A stretch of 64,000 bases of DNA from Myxococcales bacterium. Lineage in GTDB: Bacteria > Myxococcota_A > Polyangia > Polyangiales > DASUME01. The notes beneath the pieces are model-generated. The model was not told where the DNA came from. It did no database searches and saw nothing but the letters and a program-made list of their open reading frames with translations. The position numbers were made by a program, and so were the translations under genes. The first letter of the stretch is position 1. Each line of letters opens with the position of its first letter. Of the stretch, positions 55,852 to 64,000 are shown in pieces. The stretch is taken from contig JASGJH010000001.1 of the NCBI GenBank assembly GCA_047601445.1, positions 2,208,001 through 2,272,000 on the forward strand, read 5' to 3'.

Positions 55852-56427
55852 GAGAAGAAGAGGAAAATGGCCAGAGGGCGAAACTGTGGCGGTGGCGGTC
55901 GCCGTGACCGTGGCGGTGCGGTGGCCGTGGCCGGAGCCGTGGTGGTGGCGGAGGAGACCGTGGCCGTGGCTCTGGCCTGACGGGAGCGGTGGCGGGAACT
56001 GAGCTGGAAGCAGCACGGGCCCGAGCACGACTGCGTGAGTCAGCACGGAGCACAGTGAAGGCGCACGCGGACGCGCACGCCGATTCCCAACGCTCGACGG
56101 GGTGGTGCCCTATTTGCTGCCTGGCGCGAGGGGCTCAACGGGATGCTGCCCTATTTGCTGCCTGGCGCGAGGGGCTCAACCGGCCGCGAGATCCCGCCGT
56201 CCACTTCAACTGAAGCGATAAGAGACTTACGCCGCAGCGACGACTGGCACCCGTCATGGCCACGGTTCACAGCCACCGTCTCCGACCACCACCACGGTTC
56301 CGGCCACTGCCACCGCCACGGCCTCGGCCATTCGCCACTGCCACGGCCTCCGCCTCCGCCTCCGGCCACGGTCTCCGCCACGGCCATCGCCACTGGCCCG
56401 TCTCCGCCTCGGCCACGGTCTTCTTCT
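55852..56427. repeat. Intergenic element with imperfect inverted hexamer-based arms around a 34-bp tandem duplication
   Basis: Left arm of CCGTGG/GGTGGC units to ~55984, right arm of CCACGG/GCCACC units from ~56250; TGCCCTATTTGCTGCCTGGCGCGAGGGGCTCAAC at 56106-56139 and 56147-56180. Confidence 0.8.
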
Positions 56428-57735
56428 ATTCGCCCATGAATGCGGTGAGCACGTTGATCATCGGCTCGACGTCCGCGGTGGCCGCCATTTCACGGGCGCT
56501 GTGCATGCTGAGCATCGGGTTGCCCACGTCGACGGTACGGATGCCCAGGCGTGCCGCCGTGATGGGGCCGATGGTGCTGCCGCAGCCTAGGTCCGAGCGC
56601 ACCACGAAGCGCTGGGTTCGCGCGTCCACGGAGCGCGCCAGTTGCTCGAACAGCGCCCAGGTCTCACCGTCCGTGCCGTACCCCTGATTGGAGTTGCTCT
56701 TGATCACGGGTCCCTGTCCGAGCAGGGGCCGATGACCCGGCTCGTGGCGGTCGGCGTAGTTCGGGTGGACTCCGTGGGCCATGTCGCTCGAGACCAGGTA
56801 AGACCGCGCGATCGCCCGCGCCAGCCGGGTCTCACTAAAGGGCCCATGGGCCTCGAGCACGCGGGAAAGCAAAGAACGGACGAACAGCGAGCCCGCTCCA
56901 CGCGCGCTCTGACTGCCGACTTCCTCGTGGTCGAACAGGATGATGCCCCGAGTCTGAGGTTTGGCCCCCTTCGCCTGCAGCAGCGCCCACAACGCTGCAT
57001 GGCACCCCGCCAAGTTGTCGATGCGTGGCGCGAACAGGAATTCGCCGCCCAGCCCGCCGATCTGCGACGGCTCGCAGGCGAACAGGCTCAGGTCCCAGCC
57101 CAGCACTTGCTCGGGCGTAACCTTGGCGCCGTCGAGCGCCGTCGCCAGTACATCGCGCAACGAAAACCCGGTGCGGTCGCCCAAGCCACACAGAGGCACC
57201 AGATGCTGTTGGGCGTTGAGGCTCAAGCTATCGTTGACCCCGCGATTGAGGTGGATGGCGAGGTTCGGGATGCGCAGCAAGGCATCCGGCAAGCGCACCA
57301 AGTGGCTCTCACAAGCTTGAGCAGCCCCCCTTTGCGCCCCACCACGACGCGCCCTGCAATCGACAAATCGCGATCGAGCCACGTGCTGTAGAGGGCGCCA
57401 CCATAGACCTCCACGCCGAGCTGCCGGTGTCCTTCTTTCACGACCTCGGGCTGGGGCTTGATGCGCAACGTGGGGGAGTCCGTGTGGGCTCCGATCAAGC
57501 GAAACCCGGCCTCCTCGGGCGCCTCATTGCCCACCTCGAAGGCCGCTAGACTCGCATCCCCACGCACCACGAAGAAGCGCGCCCCCGGCTCGAGCTCCCA
57601 AGCATCGCCCTCCGACAGCTGTCGGTAGCCGGCGCTCGTTAAACGTCGGGCGGTCTCGCTGACGGCGTGAAAGGGCGAGGGACTCGCGTCGATGTAGGCG
57701 AGCAGATCTTTGGCAAGAGTGGTGTTGGTGTCCAC
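56426..57735 (-). CDS. M18 family (aspartyl) aminopeptidase, frameshifted at a homopolymer ~57325
   Basis: SPSPFHAV, GAHTDSP, WLDRDLSIAG, then RIDNL, FDHEEVGS, SDMAHGVHPNY, LSMHSARE. Confidence 0.9.
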
Positions 57736-57758
57736 GCCAAGAGACTAAACCAGCCGGA

Positions 57759-57965
57759 TCAAACCAGCTCGAACTCTTTGCAGAACACGAGCGGCGCAGC
57801 CTCGGCCTGCTCGGCCCGATAGCGTCCCTCGCGGTGCTCGGCGTTGGGGTAGCCGTGCATGCAGCGCTCGCGCTCGACGTGGAAGTACGTGCAGTGCTCG
57901 CAGGTGAAACGCAGCGCGAAACGCTGTTCCTGTTCCACGAAGGTCGGCAGCCTCTGCTGCCTCAC
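57759..57965 (-). CDS. Small four-Cys protein, putative metal-binding
   Basis: CEHC...C...FCKEFEL; GTGA overlap with the rpiB stop. Confidence 0.6.
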   Translation of the reverse strand: MRQQRLPTFVEQEQRFALRFTCEHCTYFHVERERCMHGYPNAEHREGRYRAEQAEAAPLVFCKEFELV

Positions 57966-58399
57966 GGGTTGATCTTGGCGACGCGCCCCGCGTGGCGTCC
58001 GCCCTCGAATTCAGCGCCCAAGAACGCATCGAGGATGTCGAGCGCGGTGTCGCTGCCCACCACGCGCGCGCCGACGCACAGCACGTTGGCGTCGTTGTGC
58101 TTGCGCGACATGCGCGCGCTCAGGGGCTCGCTGCACACCACGGCCCGCACGCCCGCGTGCCGGTTGACCGCGATGGACATGCCCACGCCGGTGCCACACA
58201 CCAGCAGCCCCCGCGCGACGCTGCCTTCTTCCACCGCACGCCCCAGTGCGTGGGCGAAATCCGGATAGTCGCAAGAGGCGGTGCCGTGGGTCCCGAAGTC
58301 CTGTACCTCGAAGCCGCGTCGCTCGAGCTCCGCGACCAGCACCTTCTTGAGCTCGAGACCGGCGTGATCGGACGCCACTCCCATGCGTTGCTTCGACAT
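57962..58399 (-). CDS. rpiB: Ribose-5-phosphate isomerase B
   Basis: ASDHAG, DYPD, CGTGVGMSI, HNDANVL, FEGGRH. Confidence 0.95.
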   Translation of the reverse strand: MSKQRMGVASDHAGLELKKVLVAELERRGFEVQDFGTHGTASCDYPDFAHALGRAVEEGSVARGLLVCGTGVGMSIAVNRHAGVRAVVCSEPLSARMSRKHNDANVLCVGARVVGSDTALDILDAFLGAEFEGGRHAGRVAKINP

Positions 58400-58410
58400 C
58401 GGTCCGTCTT

Positions 58411-59652
58411 TCACTGATGCTTCGCCAAGATCAGCGAAGCGTTGGTGCCACCAAAGCCAAACGAGTTGGAGAGCACGTACTTGAGCGCACGCGGGCGCGA
58501 CTCGTGGGGCACCAGGTCGATGTCCCGGGCCTCTTCGTCGGGCTCGTCGAGATTGATGGTGGGAGGCACCACGCCCTCGTGCAGCGCCAGGGTGCACAGC
58601 AGCGCTTCGAGGCCGCCGGCCGCTCCGAGCAAATGGCCCGTCATGGACTTGGTGCTGGAGACCCACAACTTCGAGCTCGCGTGATCGCCGAACACCTGAC
58701 GGATCGCTTTGAGCTCGAGCAGGTCGCCCACCGGCGTGGACGTACCGTGGGCGTTCACGTAGTCGATCTGGTCGGCGTTGAGCTTGGCGTCTTGAAGCGC
58801 AGCCTGCATGGCGCGCTGAGCCCCCTCACCTTCCGGAGCCGGTTGCGTCAGGTGATAGGCGTCGGCCGAGGCACCGTAGCCGATGACCTCCGCATAGATG
58901 GTGGCCCCGCGCTTGACGGCGTGCTCGCGCTCCTCGAGGAAAAGCAGGCCGGCACCCTCGGCGATCACGAAGCCATCTCGCCCCGCGTCCCAGGGCCGAC
59001 TCGCCTTCTCGGGCGCGTCGTTGCGCTTGCTGACGGCGCGCATGGCAGCGAAACCTGCCACACCGAGGGGCGTCACCGCGGCCTCCGCGCCACCCGCAAC
59101 GCAGGCGTCGATCTCCCCGCGGACGATGGTGCGAAACGCCTCGCCGATGGCATGCGCCCCCGACGAGCACGCGCTGGTCGTGGTGTAGCTGACGCCCTTG
59201 AGGCCGTACTTCATGGAGATCTGGCCGGGAGCCAGGTTGGAGATGGTGGCCGGAATGAAATAGGGGCTGATGCGATTGGGCCCCTTCTCAGCCAACACCT
59301 TGCACATGTTCTCGATGTAGCCGAGGCCTCCGATGCCTACACCCACGAGGGTCCCCGTGCGCAGCTTGATCGGGTCGTCCTCGCCGATGCCCGCCGTGCG
59401 CATGGTCTCCTCGGCCGCGCCCATGGCGAGGTGGATGAAGCGGTCCATCGAGCGGATGTCGCGCTTGGGGACGAAGCGCTCGGCGTTGAACCCCTTGCAT
59501 TCGCCGGCAATTCTCGAGGCGTAGTCGGTGACATCGAAGAGGCTGATCGGCGCGATGCCGCTCTTGCCAGCCTTGATGGAGCCCCAGGTTGTCGTGCTGT
59601 CGAGTCCACAGGGGCTCACTGCACCGATGCCCGTAATAACCACCCTACGCAT
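58411..59652 (-). CDS. fabF: 3-oxoacyl-ACP synthase II
   Basis: RRVVITG, SACSSG, VNAHGTST, SSTKSMTGHLLGAAG, SNSFGFGGTN. Confidence 0.97.
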   Translation of the reverse strand: MRRVVITGIGAVSPCGLDSTTTWGSIKAGKSGIAPISLFDVTDYASRIAGECKGFNAERFVPKRDIRSMDRFIHLAMGAAEETMRTAGIGEDDPIKLRTGTLVGVGIGGLGYIENMCKVLAEKGPNRISPYFIPATISNLAPGQISMKYGLKGVSYTTTSACSSGAHAIGEAFRTIVRGEIDACVAGGAEAAVTPLGVAGFAAMRAVSKRNDAPEKASRPWDAGRDGFVIAEGAGLLFLEEREHAVKRGATIYAEVIGYGASADAYHLTQPAPEGEGAQRAMQAALQDAKLNADQIDYVNAHGTSTPVGDLLELKAIRQVFGDHASSKLWVSSTKSMTGHLLGAAGGLEALLCTLALHEGVVPPTINLDEPDEEARDIDLVPHESRPRALKYVLSNSFGFGGTNASLILAKHQ

Positions 59653-59751
59653 TGTTCAGCCCCCGCACGTCGCCACCCCTTGAGCCGGTACGGCGCGCGC
59701 ATCAGAAAAGGGAGTGACACAGCCCCCTTGACCACGCCAGCTGCCATAACG

Positions 59752-59777
59752 AAAAGGGGCACCCGATGGGCGCCCCT
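59752..59777 (-). terminator. Rho-independent terminator downstream of acpP
   Basis: Minus strand reads AGGGGCGCCC-ATC-GGGTGCCCC-TTTT, within the acpP-fabF gap. Confidence 0.65.
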
Positions 59778-59899
59778 CGAACATGTTGCCAGTGACAACG
59801 TTGCGGACCGTTCGGGCGCCGCTCGCCGACCTGCTCCTGCAGAGCCTGACCAATCGCGGCGTGATGCCGAACTACGTGCCGCTCACCGGCACGCCGGCT

Positions 59900-60136
59900 T
59901 CACTTGCCCTTGTGCTCTTGGATGTAGGAGATGGCGTCTCCCACGGTGCGGATCTTCTCGGTGTCTTCGTCGGGAATGTCGATCTCGAACTGCTCCTCGA
60001 ACGCGAGCACGAGCTCGACGATGGCAAGGGAGTCGGCTCCCAAATCATCGATGAACGAAGCGGCCTCTTTGACTTCGGCCAAGTCGACATCGAGCTGCTG
60101 GGAGATGATCTCCTTAACCTTGTCGGCGATTTCCAT
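59900..60136 (-). CDS. acpP: Acyl carrier protein
   Basis: DLGADSL phosphopantetheine motif, [20 protein letters not shown]. Confidence 0.97.
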   Translation of the reverse strand: MEIADKVKEIISQQLDVDLAEVKEAASFIDDLGADSLAIVELVLAFEEQFEIDIPDEDTEKIRTVGDAISYIQEHKGK

Positions 60137-60264
60137 CCGTTCCTCCGAAACCTCAAGGGCGGCCTCGACCGCCCTACTTTTGCTCGCGCGTAGAACTCCG
60201 CGCTCGACATCTGGGTGGCCGGAAAAGCCGGCCCTTCAAAAATGGCCGGGAAGACCGGCCTCCA

Positions 60265-61012
60265 TCACACGTACATTCCGCCGTTGACCCGTAGCACCTG
60301 ACCAGTGATGTAGCTCGCTTCTTCGGACGCGAGAAACAACACAGCTGCCGCTACTTCCTCGGGGCGTCCCACGCGCCCGAGCGGCGTCTGATCGACGATG
60401 CCCTTCTGCACCGCCTCCGGGAGCGAAGACGTCATGTCGGTATCGATGAAGCCCGGCGCAACCACGTTGACGGTGATTCCGCGCGATGCGTACTCCCGAG
60501 CCAGTGTCTTCGTCAACCCGATTATGCCCGCCTTGGAAGCCGAGTAAACCGCCTGTCCGGGGTTGCCCGACTCGGCCACCACACTCGACAGGTTGATGAT
60601 GCGACCCTGCTTGGCCTTCATCATCGTGCGGATGGCTGCCTTGGCGCAGTACAGGGGACCGGCGACGTTGATGGCGAACGTGCGGTCAATCTCCTCCTGC
60701 TTCACCCGCAGGAGGAATCTGATCCATGGCAATGCCGGCGTTGTTGACCAGGATGTCCACCCGCTTGTGAGCGTCGGTGATCTCCTTGAACGCCTGCTGC
60801 ACGGCCTCTTCGCTGGCCACATCGAATTGCTTGAGCTCGCCGCGACCACCGGCCTGGAGGATCTCATCGAGCACCTCCCGGGCCTTGGCCTCGTTGCCCG
60901 CGTAGTTCACCACCACATGGGCGCCTGCGCGCGCGAGCACGACGGATATCGCACGACCGATGCCGCGCGAACCGCCCGTGACGACCGCCACCTTCCCGTC
61001 GAGCCGAAACAT
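60265..61012 (-). CDS. fabG: 3-oxoacyl-ACP reductase, frameshifted at ~60717
   Basis: VTGGSRGIG, LVNNAGI, then INLSSVV, YSASKAG, VAPGFIDTDM, VNGGM. Confidence 0.93.
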
Positions 61013-61021
61013 GCCTAAGCC

Positions 61022-61213
61022 TTAGGCCTGCTCGTTCGAGGTCTTGACGACTTCCTTACCCTTGTAGTGTCCACACGCCGGGCAAACCCGGTGAGCCACC
61101 ATCACGTCCCCGCAGTTCGGGCAGGGAATGAGGTTGGGTGCACTGACCTTGTCGTGGTTGGCGCGGCGGGAATTTCGCCGAGACCGCGGGGTCTTTCTCT
61201 TCGGAACGGCCAC
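61022..61213 (-). CDS. rpmF: 50S ribosomal protein L32
   Basis: AVPKRKT, CPNCG...HRVCPACGHYKG. Confidence 0.96.
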   Translation of the reverse strand: MAVPKRKTPRSRRNSRRANHDKVSAPNLIPCPNCGDVMVAHRVCPACGHYKGKEVVKTSNEQA

Positions 61214-61217
61214 GGAA

Positions 61218-61817
61218 TCACTCCTTCTCGCGCTCGCCCTTTTTGGCGAGCTTCATTAACGGTGCAAGACGAGGGTCGATAGCACCCTCGCCGAAACCTT
61301 TGGAGGAATGCACGCCTTCCGGCGCTCGCATGTCCTCGGGCACGTCCAGGTTGGGGCACTCCCAACCGAGATCGCACTTGGGCTGCATGGGCAGCTCGAG
61401 CAGCAGATAGTCCCGCACCAGGTCGTCGATGAGCACCTGATCGCCCGTGTAAAACTCACGATCGGGCTGGTCGGGATCGATATCGTCGTCTTCTTCGTTG
61501 TCCTGGTGGTGCGCCGCGCGACCTTCGGTCTCGCTGGTGGGCGCGTAGAGCGCCGCCAGGTCGCACTCGACCTCGAGCGGCAAACCCTTGAGACAACGAG
61601 CGCATTCGGTGATGAGCCGGGCCCGCGCGTGGCCGTGAACGAGGATCTCGCGGCCGTTGCGCTGCGCGTGCACCTCAACGGCCCCAGGGCCCTGCGAGGT
61701 GTCGCCGTGCACGCCGGTGTCTGCCAGGACACGCTCCAGCCACGCCTCGTCGAGAGCAAAGACGAAGTCTTTGCCCTGAGCATCGAGGTCATGGATGGGT
61801 ATCGACAAATCGGCCAT
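61218..61817 (-). CDS. yceD: YceD/DUF177 family protein
   Basis: ECARCL, LLLELPMQPKC, IDPRLAPL; directly upstream of rpmF. Confidence 0.9.
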   Translation of the reverse strand: MADLSIPIHDLDAQGKDFVFALDEAWLERVLADTGVHGDTSQGPGAVEVHAQRNGREILVHGHARARLITECARCLKGLPLEVECDLAALYAPTSETEGRAAHHQDNEEDDDIDPDQPDREFYTGDQVLIDDLVRDYLLLELPMQPKCDLGWECPNLDVPEDMRAPEGVHSSKGFGEGAIDPRLAPLMKLAKKGEREKE

Positions 61818-61874
61818 TTTCACGAATCATTTCGCCAGGATAGACGCTTTAACGGCCGGCGAAGCGGAGCCGGA

Positions 61875-61902
61875 AGGGTAGCTCGCACACCTAGGCTGTC
61901 AA
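61875..61902 (-). promoter_or_regulatory. Sigma70-type promoter for the yceD-rpmF-fab cluster
   Basis: TTGACA-16 nt-TACCCT on the minus strand. Confidence 0.5.
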
Positions 61903-62849
61903 GGTGCGGCCGAAAGGCCGTTGGCGGTCACCCGCAAGGTAGCCACCGCAGGCGGCAGGCGCCCGCCGTCGGCACGGAGAGCGCCGGTTCGACCAAGACG
62001 CGGGACCACCATCGCCAACCCGCTCGGCTTGGGCCCTGGTGCGGGCTGCATGGCCTGGACCTCGGGATACGCGAAGATTCCACCGCGAGCGCCGATCGCC
62101 TGGGCGAGCTTGGCGAGTTCGGGGCTGCCCACGTCCCCCTGCCCTGCGGTGCGCGTGATTCCCCAGCCGGCCGGCGCGTTCCAACCGAGCAGCCAGGTGT
62201 GCTCCTTGTCGGAGCGGCCCAGCGCCTCCTCGAGTGCGTCGAGGTCGGCCTGCTCGAAGCCACAGCTGCGCTCGTCGCGCGCGTAGCGACCCAGGGCAGC
62301 GCCCGGCAAGATCGCGAAGCGCTCCTTGTTGAGGCGCAGCTCGCGCAGGCCGCTGCCGTGCACCATGAACTCGGCACTTTGATCATCGAGGTGCTCGAAC
62401 GCGGCGTCGACGAGCTCGAGCTGATCGGCGCCACCCGGGATGAACAGAGTGGGAACGCGCAGGCCGGCCAGCGCAGTCAGATTGGCGCTGGCGATTTCGA
62501 GGGTGTCCCCGAGGCCGCCGAGATAGAGCAGGACACTGGGCTTGGTGTCCGCCAAGCGCGCCAGGTCCGTGCGCGAGAAGGCGCCCCCCACCGGGCCCGT
62601 AAACGCGGCTACACGCAGCTCTCCAGACCCGCGCAGGGTGAGTGTGCGCTCCTCGATTTGCAGCTCCAAGCCGGCCAGCTTGCTCGTGCGTTCGCTCGGC
62701 GCAGCATGCTCCGCGCAGCGGACGAAGGCGAAGGAGTCCACCTCACCGCCCATGCGCGAACAGCTGCAAGCCTGCATGCCTAGCGCGAGCGAAAAGTGTG
62801 CTGACCACCAAAGCTTGGTCAAAGCGCGTAAACCCATGGGACCGGCCAT
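61899..62849 (-). CDS. Putative lipoprotein with degenerate metallophosphoesterase-like fold
   Basis: Lipobox-like LGMQAC; strand order VAAFTG / LLYLGGLG / LFIPGGAD / LLGWNAP mirrors the calcineurin-like motifs. Confidence 0.55.
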   Translation of the reverse strand: MAGPMGLRALTKLWWSAHFSLALGMQACSCSRMGGEVDSFAFVRCAEHAAPSERTSKLAGLELQIEERTLTLRGSGELRVAAFTGPVGGAFSRTDLARLADTKPSVLLYLGGLGDTLEIASANLTALAGLRVPTLFIPGGADQLELVDAAFEHLDDQSAEFMVHGSGLRELRLNKERFAILPGAALGRYARDERSCGFEQADLDALEEALGRSDKEHTWLLGWNAPAGWGITRTAGQGDVGSPELAKLAQAIGARGGIFAYPEVQAMQPAPGPKPSGLAMVVPRLGRTGALRADGGRLPPAVATLRVTANGLSAAP

Positions 62850-63070
62850 GTATCACACGGGGGCGCGGCGTGAGCGCCGAGGAGACGCCGATTCGGTCGA
62901 GAGGGCCAACTCACGGGGCGGCGCGGTCCTTGTGGATGCGCTAGAAAAGCCACTAGTTTCAGCGTCGCTGAACACGTAGCGCCAAGCACGGAGCGCGTCA
63001 CGCCCCCGTCGAAGTCGAACGGACGCGTCAGTGTCGCGAGCGCGTGGCCCCAGAGCGAGTGAGAGAAACC

Positions 63071-63913
63071 ATGAACGAGTCGTTTCGGCATTTCAAAGGC
63101 ACGAACAGCTACCTCACGAGCGAGGCCCTCGAGTCCGCGGTCAACGTCGCACTCGCCCTCGAGCGCCCCCTGCTTGTGAAGGGTGAGCCGGGCACCGGCA
63201 AGACTCTGCTCGCCGAAGCCATCTCGCAGGGACTCGACATGCAGCTCTTGCGCTGGCACGTGAAGAGCACCACGCGCGCCCAGGACGGCCTCTACGTGTA
63301 CGACACCGTGCAGCGTCTCTACGACTCGCGCTTCAACGACGGCGACGTCAAGGACATCAAGCGCTACATCAAGCTCGGGCCGCTCGGGCAAGCGTTTGCC
63401 TCCGACAAGCGCGTCGTGCTGCTCATCGACGAGATCGACAAGGCGGACCTCGAGTTCCCGAACGACCTCTTGCACGAGCTCGACCGCATGCGCTTCTTCA
63501 TCCCGGAGACGGGTGAAGAGATCGTGGCCAAGCAGCGCCCGGTGATGATCATCACCTCCAACAACGAGAAGGAGCTGCCCGACGCGTTCCTGCGCCGCTG
63601 CGTGTTCCACTTCATCGACTTCCCCGAAAAAGCCCTGATGCGCGACATCGTGGCCGTGCACCATCCGAAGCTCGACGAGTCTCTGGTGGATCAGGCCATC
63701 AACACGTTCTTCCAGATCCGCGAGATGCGCCGGCTGCGCAAGCGCCCGAGCACGAGCGAGCTCATCGACTGGATCTCGGCGCTCAAGGCCTCGGGCATCA
63801 AGAATGTGAAGCTCGAGAAGAACCTCCCCTTCCTCGGCACGTTGCTCAAGAAGGAACAGGACCTGATCGCCTACGCGGATCAAATCGCGGGCGGCTCGCA
63901 GTGGCGGTCGTGA
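63071..63913 (+). CDS. MoxR-like AAA+ ATPase
   Basis: LLVKGEPGTGKT, YVYDTVQRL, LLIDEIDKADLEFPNDLL, TSNNEKELPDAFLRRC, KRPSTSELIDW. Confidence 0.93.
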   Translation: MNESFRHFKGTNSYLTSEALESAVNVALALERPLLVKGEPGTGKTLLAEAISQGLDMQLLRWHVKSTTRAQDGLYVYDTVQRLYDSRFNDGDVKDIKRYIKLGPLGQAFASDKRVVLLIDEIDKADLEFPNDLLHELDRMRFFIPETGEEIVAKQRPVMIITSNNEKELPDAFLRRCVFHFIDFPEKALMRDIVAVHHPKLDESLVDQAINTFFQIREMRRLRKRPSTSELIDWISALKASGIKNVKLEKNLPFLGTLLKKEQDLIAYADQIAGGSQWRS

Positions 63914-63917
63914 CGCC

Positions 63918-64000
63918 ATGTTCATCCCGTTCATCTACGAGCTGAGGTCGCGCAAGGTCCCGGTGGGCACCACCGAGGCGGTGATGCTCGCCAAGGCCCT
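63918..64000 (+). CDS. Start of probable vWA partner of the MoxR ATPase (partial)
   Basis: MFIPFIYELRSRKVPVGTTEAVMLAKA, 4 nt after the ATPase stop; assigned from context. Confidence 0.6.
   Translation, partial: MFIPFIYELRSRKVPVGTTEAVMLAKA

Noticed and set aside
56106..56180. Mini-CRISPR
   Set aside because: Two repeats with only a 7-bp spacer and no cas genes.
55808..56439. Short His/Pro/Arg-rich ORFs in the repeat region
   Set aside because: Translations of hexamer repeats appear in several frames with no RBS or coding bias.

Overview
High-GC bacterial chromosomal segment, most likely from a Myxococcota genome. This rests on a giant AgmK-like TPR protein, a Cys-rich surface lipoprotein, an MXAN_2561/2562-like pair and an FHA-GAF-cyclase. 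The content is mostly housekeeping: accA, rpoZ, CIRCE-groES-groEL, prmC, pilB, pyrC-carA, scoAB, truA, plsC, an HMG-CoA lyase, an M18 aminopeptidase, yceD-rpmF-fabG-acpP-fabF-rpiB and two MoxR loci. I found no tRNA, rRNA, CRISPR array or transposase. The strongest unexplained signal concerns GATC. Six of nine frameshifts in otherwise intact genes can be repaired by deleting one base from GATTC/GAATC to restore GATC, which points to a motif-specific sequencing error at a chemically modified GATC. Separately, a helically phased cluster of GATC sites lies next to an AT-rich stretch upstream of a small unknown gene (21736-21863). Other candidates are a 45-aa highly basic protein missed by the ORF track (ribosomal-protein-like composition), a ~575-bp intergenic element with hexamer-built inverted arms around a tandem duplication, twin GGCCGG-N5-CCGGCC palindromes upstream of acpP, and two apparently catalytically dead enzyme-fold proteins.
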